Assembly (NCBI GenBank): GCA_963728405.1 | Contig: CAVSJV010000017.1 | Span: forward strand, 1-64,000 | Source: Methanomassiliicoccaceae archaeon | GTDB lineage: Archaea > Thermoplasmatota > Thermoplasmata > Methanomassiliicoccales > Methanomassiliicoccaceae | Length of the DNA: 64,000 nt | Direction of reading: 5' to 3' | In this document: positions 10,487-20,471 of the stretch, in pieces | Position numbering within the stretch: position 1 is the stretch's first letter | Layout of the letters: each line of letters starts with the position of its first letter | Notes under the pieces: generated by a model | What the model was told of the DNA's origin: nothing | Database searches by the model: none | Seen by the model: only the letters and a program-made list of their open reading frames with translations | Made by a program: the position numbers and the translations under genes

Positions 10487-10576
10487 GCTGGATGATACAT
10501 CCAACTGATTTTCTCCTTAATAAAATGATATATACTCGAATTTTGAATCGGTCATTGGTTGGATGATACATCCAAC
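10487..10576 (+). promoter_or_regulatory. Promoter with two 19-bp palindromic operators flanking a TATA-like box
   Basis: GCTGGATGATACATCCAAC at 10487-10505, GATATATA at 10527-10534, GTTGGATGATACATCCAAC at 10558-10576. Confidence 0.85.
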
Positions 10577-10620
10577 TCTATTGTCCAGCTTACCAGCATA
10601 CATTAGCGGAGCGTATCGAG

Positions 10621-12078
10621 ATGTCAGAAACGAGCGAACATTGCGGTCTTCAACGTTGCATTGATTGGAAACAGGGCCTGTTGATCGGGATTGGCATCCC
10701 CTTGGCCATTCTACCGGTCATCGTGCCCACCACGTTCTTCCTGTGGGCCGCATCGATCCTGCTGTGGGCCATGTCGGTGGTCCAGGGATTCATGCAGAAC
10801 ATGGCCTTCGGCGAGCTGGCGGCGGCCTTCCCCAACGCCAGCGGCATTCCCGGTTTCACCCAGGAGATATTCAAGGACAAGAACGGCGCCGATAAGAAGT
10901 ATGAACGGGGCCGATTGATAGGTGGGTTCTGCGGCTGGGCCTATTGGCTGGTGTGGGCTCCCGGCCTGGCCATCTTCATCATCGTCATCTGCGGCTACAT
11001 GATCGGCCTGTTCCCCACCCTTGCCGACATGGACTTCCTGACCCTGAACCTCATCGTCGGGGGCCTTATCCTCGGCGGCCTGGCCTTTGTGTCCTCCCGA
11101 GGGCTCAAGCACAGCGCCAGGCTTGGGTTGGTCGTAGGGGTGTTGACCCTCCTTCCCATAGCTATCATCGCCCTGGCGCCATTCTTTACCGGTAACTTTC
11201 ACATGGAGAACATCACCACCGCCCTCGTCCCCGCTGACTGGACCTGGGACGGGGACCACATCATGATGCTCCTCGGCGTCGCGGTCATCGCCCAGTGGAG
11301 CGCTTGCTGCTGGGAAGTGGTGGCGGTCTACGGGCCGGAGTACAAGAAGCCCAGCGTCGATCTGCCCAAGGCCCTGTTCGCCTGCGGCATCGTCTGCCTC
11401 ATTATGTTCGTGCTCATCCAGACCTCGGTCATCGGGGCGTTGGGTGTCGAAGGTGTGCTGGCCGAGCCGATCTCCCCGCTGCAGCCGGTCGCGGCCATGG
11501 CCTTTGGGAGCTTTGGTGCCTCAGTGGTCATCCTGTTCCTGATCTTCGCCTGCGTCCTCCTGATCCAGATCGGCTACTCCGCCGGAGCCAGGGCCATGCA
11601 CTCCATGGCACTGGCAGGCAACCTGCCCAACTGGTTCTCGAAGACCAATTCGAAGGGAGAACCGATGCGGGCCATCTATGTCATCGCCGCGTTCAACCTC
11701 ATTCTACTGGTCATACTGCAGGGGGATCCCGTGGCCATCCTGGCCATGTCGGCCATCGGCTATGTGTTCGTGTTCGCTATCGCCTTGTTCGCTTACGTCA
11801 AAGCGAATCGCGATCCCGAGCTGAGGAAGATAGAAAGGCCGTACAAGGCACCGAGGGGATGGGTGTGGGTCGCCCTCGCCCTGGCCATATTCCAGATACC
11901 CTTCCTCCTCTTGGGAGCGATATACATCAACAACCTGGAGTACGGGTGGATCACCAATCTGATCGGGTTCGGCGTCCTGGCGTTGTTCTTTCCGCTGTGG
12001 ATCTACTCCCAGCACCAAGCCCACCGGTTGAGACAGAGCAAGAAGGAGGAGGTCGACGGCAAGGCCGAGCCCAACTGA
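10621..12078 (+). CDS. APC-family permease resembling the methylamine permeases MtmP/MtbP
   Basis: About 12 TM helices. IDWKQGLLIGIGIPL N-terminus, ELAAAFPNASGIPG, YGPEYKKP and ERPYKAP. Confidence 0.88.
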   Translation: MSETSEHCGLQRCIDWKQGLLIGIGIPLAILPVIVPTTFFLWAASILLWAMSVVQGFMQNMAFGELAAAFPNASGIPGFTQEIFKDKNGADKKYERGRLIGGFCGWAYWLVWAPGLAIFIIVICGYMIGLFPTLADMDFLTLNLIVGGLILGGLAFVSSRGLKHSARLGLVVGVLTLLPIAIIALAPFFTGNFHMENITTALVPADWTWDGDHIMMLLGVAVIAQWSACCWEVVAVYGPEYKKPSVDLPKALFACGIVCLIMFVLIQTSVIGALGVEGVLAEPISPLQPVAAMAFGSFGASVVILFLIFACVLLIQIGYSAGARAMHSMALAGNLPNWFSKTNSKGEPMRAIYVIAAFNLILLVILQGDPVAILAMSAIGYVFVFAIALFAYVKANRDPELRKIERPYKAPRGWVWVALALAIFQIPFLLLGAIYINNLEYGWITNLIGFGVLALFFPLWIYSQHQAHRLRQSKKEEVDGKAEPN

Positions 12079-12147
12079 TCATTCTCTCGCCAAACCCTTT
12101 CTCCTATTTCGGGCCGGGCGCCGTATTTCCTGCGGCGCCCTCGCCCA

Positions 12148-12550
12148 TCAGTTCTTCCAACCTTTGACCTTGCCGATGGCACCTTCCTCCCCCAGGAGCC
12201 GGGCCTTGGTGCTTGCTCCCCCTGCCCCGGCGTAGTTGCCAACCCCTCCCGGGGCCGGGACCACCCCATGGCAGGGGACCACTACCATGACGGGTTCTTG
12301 GCACAGGCGTTGCCCACCGCCCTCATCGCCTTGGGGCGGCCCAACCGCCGGGCGATTCCCATAGGTCATGACCTCGCCCGAAGGGATCGTTCTGAGCAGG
12401 TCCAACGCCCCGCGCTCGAACCCGCTCACCGGCAGGTCGAGCGGATACGTCCAGCATGGCATCCTTTCCGGTGGCCAGGTGCTCCAGCCGGATAAGGTGA
12501 TACATACCGCGCTCATCCTCACGACCATGCTCTGACACAGAGATATCCAT
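12148..12550 (-). pseudogene. ogt: Methylated-DNA--protein-cysteine methyltransferase (Ogt/MGMT), frameshifted
   Basis: IPSGEVMTYG, then RAVGNAC in a shifted frame, then VVPCHGVV and G.Y.G...KARLL. At least two frame changes. Confidence 0.75.
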
Positions 12551-12592
12551 TACCCCGGCGAGCGCCGGGTGGGGCCTGGCAATATGTGCTGA

Positions 12593-13046
12593 TCAGCCCA
12601 TTAGGCCTGCGGCGATGCTCTTTCCGAACTCCACGGCCTTTGCTTCTTCGCCGTCCGCCAGCGGACCCTTGGTCTTGGCGACAGTGAACCACGGGGGTTC
12701 GGCCATGACCTTTGCTTCGGCCTCATTTAGTGATTCTGCCATCTTCCCGGCCGCCCCAGCCCCACTGGCATTGGCGAACCTGATGTCGAACGCCGTGACC
12801 TTCTTGCCAGAAGCGATCTTGGCAGCGTCCTTGACCACGCGCTTGGCGACCCCTGTGGCGCTACCCATATGGGCTGGCGAGCCGAAGACCCAGGCATCCG
12901 CTCCCTAGAGATCATCCTCGGATACGCTCTCTGCCTCCCTCAGCATAACGTCCGCCACGCCTCCGGCCTTGATCCCGGACGCAATGGCCTGTGCAACCTT
13001 CTCGGTCATGCCGTATTTGGTACCGTAAACGATGAGCGCCGTTCAT
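12593..13046 (-). CDS. Flavodoxin/NAD(P)H:quinone oxidoreductase-type protein with in-frame TAG at 12905-12907 and a 1-nt indel just after the start
   Basis: Hand translation: ALIVYGTKYGMTEKVAQAIASGI...EDDL*GADAWVFGSPAHMG...GPLADGEEAKAVEFGKSIA. This is in frame with ORF 12593..12868. Confidence 0.8.
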
Positions 13047-13113
13047 AGGCTGAACCCAATGATAACTATCGTAATATGAAGATAAAAATTGTTTGGGTCA
13101 TCACCCCGTTCGC

Positions 13114-13530
13114 TTACTCGCTGGTCTTGCCGTCGAAGTGCTCTTCCGAAGCCTCGGCATCGGCCTTGGTCTTTCGGACGACCTTGTCCTGGTGCTCTGG
13201 GGGCGAGTAGATGGTGTACAGCTTCAGGGACCTCTTTCCGGTGTTCACGACATTGTGCATTGCCCCGGACGGAACGATGGCCGCGCTGCCACCCTTGACC
13301 ACGTATTCGTTGCCGTTTATGATGACCATGCCTTCGCCCTCCTCGAACCGGAAGAACTGATCGATCTCGTCGTGCTTCTCCATGCCAATGTCTTCGCCCG
13401 GCTTGAGGCTCATCAGCACGAGCTGGCTATGCTTGGCCGTATATAGCACCCGCCGGAAGTCGGTGTTCTTTAGGGTTTCTTCCTCGATGTCGATGGCAAA
13501 GCCATTCTTGGTATCCATTTTTGTAGCCAT
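13114..13530 (-). CDS. Cupin domain protein
   Basis: NTDFRRVLYTAKHSQLVLMSL.PGEDIG.E.H..DQFFRFEEG, HNVVNTG, KLYTIYSPPEH. Confidence 0.92.
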   Translation of the reverse strand: MATKMDTKNGFAIDIEEETLKNTDFRRVLYTAKHSQLVLMSLKPGEDIGMEKHDEIDQFFRFEEGEGMVIINGNEYVVKGGSAAIVPSGAMHNVVNTGKRSLKLYTIYSPPEHQDKVVRKTKADAEASEEHFDGKTSE

Positions 13531-13633
13531 GGTATCAAGATAGTTCTTCGACCTCTCGGTATTTAGCGTTGGTCCAGAAAATGAGCGGGCCGGACACCTC
13601 GGCCTTATAACACCGCACAACGATTCTATCACT

Positions 13634-14668
13634 ATGAACCCGCGGGAACGCTTCCATGCCGCCCTAGACCAGGAGACCGTCGACCATGTTCCCTTATTCT
13701 ACCAGCATCTAGGGGCGGCCAAGTGGCTGCTGCGGTCGACCGGCCTTCGGATGTTCGACGGCTTCCACGATCCGGAGGTTTTCGCCAAGCTGTCCATGGC
13801 CGCCTACGACCAGTACGGCTTTGATAATGTGATGGCCGGGTGGGGCGATATACTGGTGGAAGCACAGGCCCACGGGACGGTGTGGAAGTTCCCAGAGCGG
13901 GATTTCTACCCACGGGTGGAGAGGTACATGCCGCTCAGCGACATCGACAAGGTTCAGCCCGTCGATCCGCTCCAGGACCGCTTCTGGTCGATCCCATTGA
14001 AGGCCGCCCGCATCATGATGGACCGGATAGGAAAGGAGGTGGCGGTGGTCGGCTGCATCAACTGTCCAACGATGATCGCCTCCGAGCTGGTGGGCATGGA
14101 GAACCTGATGCTCGCCTACATGACCGAGCCGGAGCCGGTGCTCCGTCTGATGGACACCCTGACCGAGTCGTCCCGACGATACGGCCAGAGGCTCGCCGAA
14201 CTAGGGGTCGAGGACGTTTTCATCGAGAACGCCACCGCTGGCCAGGAGATGGTTAGCTTGGAGATGTATGAGCAGTATGACCGCCGCTATCTGCAGGCGG
14301 AGATAGACTCGTTCCGAAAGGCGGGGCTGAGGACCATCCTGCACAACTGCTCGGCCCAACCGTACTGGCGCTCCCAACTGGAGACGGGGCCGACCGCACT
14401 GCACCTCCACCTAAGGGCGGTGAACGTTCCCGAGGTCTTCGCCGAGATCAAAGGACACGCGTGCATGCTGGCTGGGGTTGACCACATGGAGCTGCTGTTC
14501 GCAGGGACCCCGAAGGAGGTGGAGAATGAGGTCAAAGGGACCCTAGCCCAATGGGGGAAGGGGCCCGGCCTGATCGTCAGCTCGGGGTGCGAAATGCCTT
14601 ACAAGACCCCGGAAGAGAACATAAAACGGCTCAAGGAGAGTGTGTTAAAGTATGGGTCTGGCCTTTGA
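13634..14668 (+). CDS. Uroporphyrinogen-decarboxylase-fold methyltransferase (MtaA/CmuA, MT2-type)
   Basis: MNPRERFHAAL..ETVDHVP, VEAQAHG, and the Zn motif ILHNC...SSGC. Confidence 0.88.
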   Translation: MNPRERFHAALDQETVDHVPLFYQHLGAAKWLLRSTGLRMFDGFHDPEVFAKLSMAAYDQYGFDNVMAGWGDILVEAQAHGTVWKFPERDFYPRVERYMPLSDIDKVQPVDPLQDRFWSIPLKAARIMMDRIGKEVAVVGCINCPTMIASELVGMENLMLAYMTEPEPVLRLMDTLTESSRRYGQRLAELGVEDVFIENATAGQEMVSLEMYEQYDRRYLQAEIDSFRKAGLRTILHNCSAQPYWRSQLETGPTALHLHLRAVNVPEVFAEIKGHACMLAGVDHMELLFAGTPKEVENEVKGTLAQWGKGPGLIVSSGCEMPYKTPEENIKRLKESVLKYGSGL

Positions 14669-14831
14669 GCAATGCGATCGTCGGACCGCTCTCTCCTCGG
14701 ACCAGGGTTTGGGTCCATATTAAGGACCGGCCTGCGCAATTGTAAGATATGACCAGAGCTTTTATCGATGAACGGCCATACCTGTTCGACTGGGTCCTGG
14801 CATAGGATGAGGTCTTTGGCTGGTCGAAAAG

Positions 14832-15605
14832 ATGATGGATATGGCTAAGAACTGGCCCGTGGTGCCAGGCGACTACATGATCGGGGACAGGGACAGCCCG
14901 GTGGCCGTCCTCATCATAGGGCGGGGGACCGTTTCCCTACCAGACCAGCGGTTCGCCATAAAGGGGACCGTGAAGACCGAGAACATGGGGGTGGAAAAGG
15001 TCATCACCAACATCGTTGCCAACCCTCACATCCGTTTCCTCATCGTGTGCGGAAGGGAGGAGTTCGGGCACTTCCCCGCCGACGCCATCGCCTCGCTTGT
15101 CAAGAACGGCGTGGACGGACAGATGCGCATCATCGGTTCGCGCTCGGCCATCCCGTTCCTGTGCAATCTGCCCCGGGCAGCGGTGGAGCGGTTCCGGGAG
15201 CAGATCGAGATCGTGGACCTCGTCCATCCCAAGGATGCCCGGGAGATCGTGGCCTACGACCCCGAATACAAGTTCGAGGAAGAACGGACAGCGGATCTCC
15301 GACAGGCCATCGAGGACTGCCGGTCCAGGGACCCCGGGACTTTCCCGGGAGAACCGTTCCTGATCGCAAGCAAGAGCCTGATCGCCGATGGTTCCAAAAT
15401 AGCGAGCCAGCTGAACAAACTGGCCGATGATTTCGTGGGACAGATGCTACGCATGCCCAGCGAGAGGCTGAGCACCAGCGCGTCCATCGCGGTCATATCT
15501 TCGGAGTTCCGGGTCATCCTCGACCCAGTGGATGGAGTGGTGCGGACGGTGCCGTCGGTGGAGTTCGCCGGTCGCCTCCAGAAGTATCTAAGAGGAGAGC
15601 AGTGA
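14832..15605 (+). CDS. mtrA: MtrA/MtxA-like corrinoid protein lacking a C-terminal membrane anchor
   Basis: WPVVPGDY..GD.DSPVAV, KTENMGVEKVITNIVANPHIRFLIVCG.E..GH, IPFLCNLP..AVERFREQIEIVDL. Confidence 0.9.
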   Translation: MMDMAKNWPVVPGDYMIGDRDSPVAVLIIGRGTVSLPDQRFAIKGTVKTENMGVEKVITNIVANPHIRFLIVCGREEFGHFPADAIASLVKNGVDGQMRIIGSRSAIPFLCNLPRAAVERFREQIEIVDLVHPKDAREIVAYDPEYKFEEERTADLRQAIEDCRSRDPGTFPGEPFLIASKSLIADGSKIASQLNKLADDFVGQMLRMPSERLSTSASIAVISSEFRVILDPVDGVVRTVPSVEFAGRLQKYLRGEQ

Positions 15606-15606
15606 C

Positions 15607-16497
15607 ATGATGCGTTTTCACAACGAGCAGACGGAGTTCACCATATCCGGGGTGCGGTTCGGAGGACAGCCGGGGAGAAGGAGGACCGCGATGATCGGTT
15701 CGATGTGCTATCCGCGGCACAGCATCGTGGAGAACAGGATAGCGGGGACCTGCAAGCCGGACTCGTTCGAGCGGCTGCTCTCGGGACTGAACGCGGCTTC
15801 ACGGGAGACCGGAACGCCGGCCGGGGTCATGCTCTATGCAGAGACGGCCCAGGCCATGGAAGCATACCTGAGGGCCGCGGCCGATCTGACCCCCTCCCCC
15901 CTGTTCGTTGACTCCCCGAGCCCTGAGGTGCGCCTGGCCGGCTGCCGTGCGGCGGGGGAGATGGGCATTGGCGACCGCATCATCTATAATTCGCTCTCCG
16001 CCGGCGCTACCACGGAAGAGCTGAACGGGATCAAAGATTCGGGAATCAAGGCGGCGGTCCTTCTGGCATTCAATCCCAAGGATATCGAGACCAAAGGGAA
16101 GATCTACCTGCTGGAGGACGGCGGGGGCATCCTGCCCAACGGCCTCATCGAGATGGCTCGGTCCGCCGGCATCACCATGCCGTTGCTCGACACTGCGGTG
16201 ATGGCCGCCGACCAGAACGCCGGTGCATCCCTGAGAACGATCATGGTGGCGAAGGCCAAGTGGGGCCTGCCCTGCGGCTGCGCGCTACACAACGCCATCG
16301 AGTCGTACGGTCCATTGACCAAACTGGAGGGCGACGACCGGAAGATCTATCGCTATGTGGACGTGGCCTCGGTGGTCATGCCCATGATGGCCGGGGCCGA
16401 CTTCGTCATGTACGGTCCGCTGGAATATGCTCGCCGAGCATTCCATGCGGCGGGGTTCGCCGACGAGATGCTGAGGCAAGCGGCCTCGGACCTCTGA
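15607..16497 (+). CDS. mtrH: MtrH/MtxH-like methyl-tetrahydropterin methyltransferase
   Basis: RF..EQ..F.I.GVRFGGQPG...AMIGS..Y..H, LFVDS, IYNS, LLDTAV, GADFVMYGPLE. Confidence 0.9.
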   Translation: MMRFHNEQTEFTISGVRFGGQPGRRRTAMIGSMCYPRHSIVENRIAGTCKPDSFERLLSGLNAASRETGTPAGVMLYAETAQAMEAYLRAAADLTPSPLFVDSPSPEVRLAGCRAAGEMGIGDRIIYNSLSAGATTEELNGIKDSGIKAAVLLAFNPKDIETKGKIYLLEDGGGILPNGLIEMARSAGITMPLLDTAVMAADQNAGASLRTIMVAKAKWGLPCGCALHNAIESYGPLTKLEGDDRKIYRYVDVASVVMPMMAGADFVMYGPLEYARRAFHAAGFADEMLRQAASDL

Positions 16498-16505
16498 GCC
16501 TGCGG

Positions 16506-18486
16506 TCAGAGCGAGTCTATCGTCGGTGGCCGGTCGGCCGATCGCCCGGGCTCGGACCCTCAATTGCACCAGCTCGTCCTTCTGGAGGATGCTGTTGGAC
16601 CGCCCCCGCTCCTCCTCGAGCATAAGCTCCACCCGAAGGTCGACGCCTCCCGCGCTCCTTGCCCGCTCTAAAGCATACTTATTGGCGAGTACCTTGGCCT
16701 GGGAAACCGCCTCCACCTCACCTCCACAGGCTATCGGCGAATTGAAGCTGGAGAACACTGCGTAGCCCTTGTCCCGCGGATAGACATAGACGTCCACGTA
16801 TTCCGATACTTGCCCACACACCGCGCCCACGGCGTTCCCGACGTCATGGTCCTCGGGGATGATCACCGTTACATGCAGTCGCTCCGAGAGGGGGGCGATG
16901 AACACCCCGGCGGGTGCGCCCAGGCCGACCACCGGCCTATCAATGGTGGCCTTCAGCCCCAGGGTGGCGCATTGTCTTTTTCCACTCACCAGGTCCATCA
17001 CTCCCTGGAAGGCCGGGGCGTCCGGTAAAGCTCCTACCTCGTCCGAGAGGAGCTTTCTTAGCAGCTCATCGGCGATCAGGGCGGTGACCGTGTCCAACAC
17101 CGACGCGATCGTCTCTTCCTCGGTCCTCCTCAGCACGGCGGAGAACAGCCTGACCCCTTCCCGGGATGCGGCGGCATCCCCTTTGACATACAGGCCGGCG
17201 GCGTGCAGGACATCGGTGGGGGTGAGGCCGATACCGATGATCGCGCCCTGGGCCCGGAGGCTCTTAAGGAACGAATCTAGAAGTATGGCCTCGTCCAGGT
17301 CGATCTTCAGCTCGGAGGGGGCCAGGGGGCCGTTCTTCCGAAGGTGGTCGACGATCCGCGATTCGGTGGGCGATAGTTTGAAGCCGTCCTTGGGAGAAGC
17401 GTATAGAAATCGGGCTTGACCCAGTGTTGCCATCTTTTCTGCCAGCCCAGGGAACTGCAACGAGGCAAAGCAGAGCGGAATGACTCGTTCTGGACCGATG
17501 ACCAGGCCATCGGTAAGGGAGGCCCGGATCTCGGAATCGCCACCCAGACCAGTGGTCCACATATCCACCGCCTCCACCCTGGTCCGCCACATTCCAACGG
17601 TGGAACCATCAGTGGTGACCTTTGGAAAACCGTTCTGCAGGACCGCGATGTCGGTGGAAGTTCCCCCAATATCGATAACCACGCAGTCATCGTGGCCGGA
17701 GAGCACCCGTCCGCCCATGGCGCTGGCGGCCGGTCCGGAAAGGATCGTGTCCACCGGTCGTTCCATCGCCGTCCTGATGTTCATCAGGGTGCCATCGCCC
17801 TTGAACACCATCGAGGGCAAGCGATCCCCGCTCCGACATTATTACCTGGACCTTGCCGAGGAAATCGCTGAGCACGGGGATGAGCCTGGCGTTCAGCACG
17901 GCGGTGACGGTGCGCTCGTGGATGCCCAGTTCCCCGGTGAGCTGGTGACCCATCACCACCGGGACCCCGTACCGGTCCTTGATCATCTTGGCGACCTCCA
18001 GCTCGTGGTACGGGTTATGAACACTGAAAAGGCCGGAGACCACGATGGAATCGACCTGAGGGGCCATCTCTCTCACTGCTGCGTCCAGGCCATCGGTGTC
18101 CAGGATCGCCAGGGAACGCCCTCGGTACACTCATGGCCGCCGGCCAGGAACCTCTGCACCTTTGCTCCCAGGTCCCAGCCTTGCTGTGGTGTCCACCCCA
18201 GTCCGATCAATCCGACCGAACCGCCCTTGCCCTCCAGGATGGAGTTTGTGGCCAGGGTCGTGGACACCCCCACCAGGGCGGGATCGAAGCTTAGGGCTCC
18301 GAACGCGGCCAGAACGGAATCGACCGCCTCACCAAGACCGATGCTGAGATCGTGATGGGTCGTCCGCGCCTTGGCCTTGGCCAGCACACGGTCGGTGCAC
18401 AGGTCCACCACCGCCGCGTCGGTGAACGCACCCCCAGTATCGATACCCAATCCATAGATGCGGTTGGAGCCTGAGGCCGGGTTCAT
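16506..18486 (-). CDS. Hydantoinase/oxoprolinase-family (ASKHA) protein, split by frameshifts
   Basis: GLGIDTGG.FTDA and STTLATNSILEG (18073..18663); HER..TAVLNARL (17687..18130); TILSGPAAS, DIGGTSTD, GLGGDS and VGNAVGA (16285..17820). The 3' end is uncertain because the open frame reads into mtrH antisense. Confidence 0.85.
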
Positions 18487-18816
18487 GTCATCTACCTGTG
18501 TCCCTGCGCCCATCGTTCCTAACGGCCCAATGGCACAACGGACCACTGATAATGACGGAGGAAGGGTATAACCTCTGCTCCGAATCTCGTTGGACGAAAG
18601 AGAGGGGGCGTTCCCGCCCTGCGCCTTCTGCCTCGACCTGTCATCGACCTCATTGAGCTTCAAAGAGAGAGCTGCCTCGCCTGACCTCGGTCGAACATGT
18701 CCGGGTCATCGGCATCGTCTGCGATTCTCCCTCTGAGCATGCGCTTAGGCCCATGCACGATGGACGGGGGGTGGCCGATCGGACGGCTGAAGGCAAAATG
18801 CGAGAGCGCCTGGAGC

Positions 18817-19290
18817 TCACGACATTCCCGGGTGGGTCGAGAGCCGGGGCCTGATATCATGGGCTTCGTTCATGTGTTCCTCGAGGCGGTCTGAGAGGTC
18901 GTCCTCGTCAGCGCCTTGTAAGAGCCTGCCGCATAGGGGGCAGTTGACCTCTGCATTCCTTCGCTCGCCCGTCCCTCCGGCCCGATGGCGGACCTCTCCT
19001 CGCTCTTTTCGAACGATGACCATGGTCCGCCCACCGGCTATTCTACCCACCACCGGGTAACTGGGCTCAGGGGCGCGGGGAGGCCTGCTGCTTATGTGGG
19101 CCCGACCGCTCTCAGCATAGCTGGATGCGGCACTGTAGGATTTTCTACTGGACGAGCTTTCGATCGATCCCACGCCGATATTTTTCATGCGATGGACATC
19201 GGCCATATGCATTTTCAGGTTCTGGGACAGTTCGATTTGGTCCGCGCCGCGCACATCGTTCCTGCAGATTGGGCATTCTATCCTTGCCAC
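18817..19290 (-). CDS. Protein with two DUF1059-like CxxC...HxxxxH metal-binding repeats
   Basis: CPICRNDVRGAD..EL...LKMHMADVH and CPLCGRLLQGAD..DL...LEEHMNEAH. Confidence 0.7.
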   Translation of the reverse strand: MARIECPICRNDVRGADQIELSQNLKMHMADVHRMKNIGVGSIESSSSRKSYSAASSYAESGRAHISSRPPRAPEPSYPVVGRIAGGRTMVIVRKERGEVRHRAGGTGERRNAEVNCPLCGRLLQGADEDDLSDRLEEHMNEAHDIRPRLSTHPGMS

Positions 19291-19404
19291 TTTTTCACCT
19301 ATCAGATATCTAGAGCTATTCCATCATGTACCTTGCCCGTTCGACCATCGACCATCCTGCGGTAATGGGTCGTGCGCGGGGACAATGTGCGGCCTCCGCC
19401 CGGT

Positions 19405-20466
19405 TCAGTATCTACCGTCCCGGTGGCAGGCGTCTATCATGATCTTCAGGTTGTCCAGGGGGATCCCCCGGTGGACGGAGCAGGAACACATCATAACGTA
19501 ACCGCCCCCCGGAGCGCAGGTGGCCAGGTACTTTTCCGTCTCCCGACAGATCCGCTCCGCTGGACCGAACAGCAGCGTGGTGAACACATCCGCCCCTCCC
19601 AGGATGCAAACCTGGTCCCCCCATTCCTGCTTGGCCCTGACAAAGTCGTTCAGCTCCGCGAACTGGAAGCCCCTGATCCCCTGCTCGATGGACGCATCGA
19701 CCAGAGAAGATAGGTCTTGATCGGTGAAGACCCCATGAGGATGGAAGATAGTAGGCAGACCACACTTCTCGGCCTCCACCACCAGCCTTCGGAGGCCCGG
19801 AACGGAGATCGAGCGGAAGACCTCCGGCCCGATGAGGTTGGGGTTATCGGATGCCGCGGCCACGAAGATGGAGCTGTTCACCCCATGGGCGGCCAAGGCT
19901 CGGATGAGGTCGCTCCCTAATCCGGTGGAGAAACGGATGGTCTTCTCCGCCAGTGCGGGGTCCAGGAGCAGATCCATTAGGAGCACGTCCAGCCCCCTGA
20001 GGATACCCGCCTTGGTGATCGGCCCTTCTAGATTCCCCACGATGGCTACGTCCCTGCCGATGCGATCTGCAGTCATTTGGTAGGAACGCAGGACGTTGGC
20101 CAGGGGAGAAGTGCGGTCCAGGTCGGGAAGTTCGGCCCGATCGATGTCCTCCGCCGTGCGGAAGGGCGGCTCCACCACGGAGGGGATGCCCCTCTTGGGG
20201 AATTGAAGCCTGCCACCCAGTGCCTCCACCTCCATGCCACAGAACTGAATGCTCCCCACCACCGCGTCGTGGCCCAGCGCCCGCTGGGCGGCCACCACCG
20301 CCTGGGACGATTTTTCGGCATCGAAACGGCCCGCGCATACCTCGGGCGTACCGTAACCGACCACATCCAGTCCAAGGGTGAGGTCGCGGAGGAAGATCGG
20401 CACGCGGTCCGGTGTACCTCCTTCCAGCGCCGTTAGCATCCGTTCACAGGGACTTTGGGCGTTCAC
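19405..20466 (-). CDS. Uroporphyrinogen-decarboxylase-fold methyltransferase-like protein
   Basis: ERMLTALEGGTPDRVP, EVEALG, EGPIT.A..LRG, GGGYVMMCSCS. The Zn motif reads IFHPH rather than HxC. Confidence 0.85.
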   Translation of the reverse strand: MNAQSPCERMLTALEGGTPDRVPIFLRDLTLGLDVVGYGTPEVCAGRFDAEKSSQAVVAAQRALGHDAVVGSIQFCGMEVEALGGRLQFPKRGIPSVVEPPFRTAEDIDRAELPDLDRTSPLANVLRSYQMTADRIGRDVAIVGNLEGPITKAGILRGLDVLLMDLLLDPALAEKTIRFSTGLGSDLIRALAAHGVNSSIFVAAASDNPNLIGPEVFRSISVPGLRRLVVEAEKCGLPTIFHPHGVFTDQDLSSLVDASIEQGIRGFQFAELNDFVRAKQEWGDQVCILGGADVFTTLLFGPAERICRETEKYLATCAPGGGYVMMCSCSVHRGIPLDNLKIMIDACHRDGRY

Positions 20467-20471
20467 AGTCC

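Noticed and set aside
10487-10576. Repeat-spacer-repeat pattern as a mini-CRISPR or MITE ends
   Set aside because: Only two 19-bp units per locus, the spacer holds a TATA box at a fixed offset, and there are no cas or transposase genes. An operator pair fits better.
16285-16505. Apparent 213-nt antisense overlap of the hydantoinase-like ORF with mtrH
   Set aside because: Family similarity ends at ..RARAIGRP and stops lie nearby in other frames, so an indel is the likely cause.
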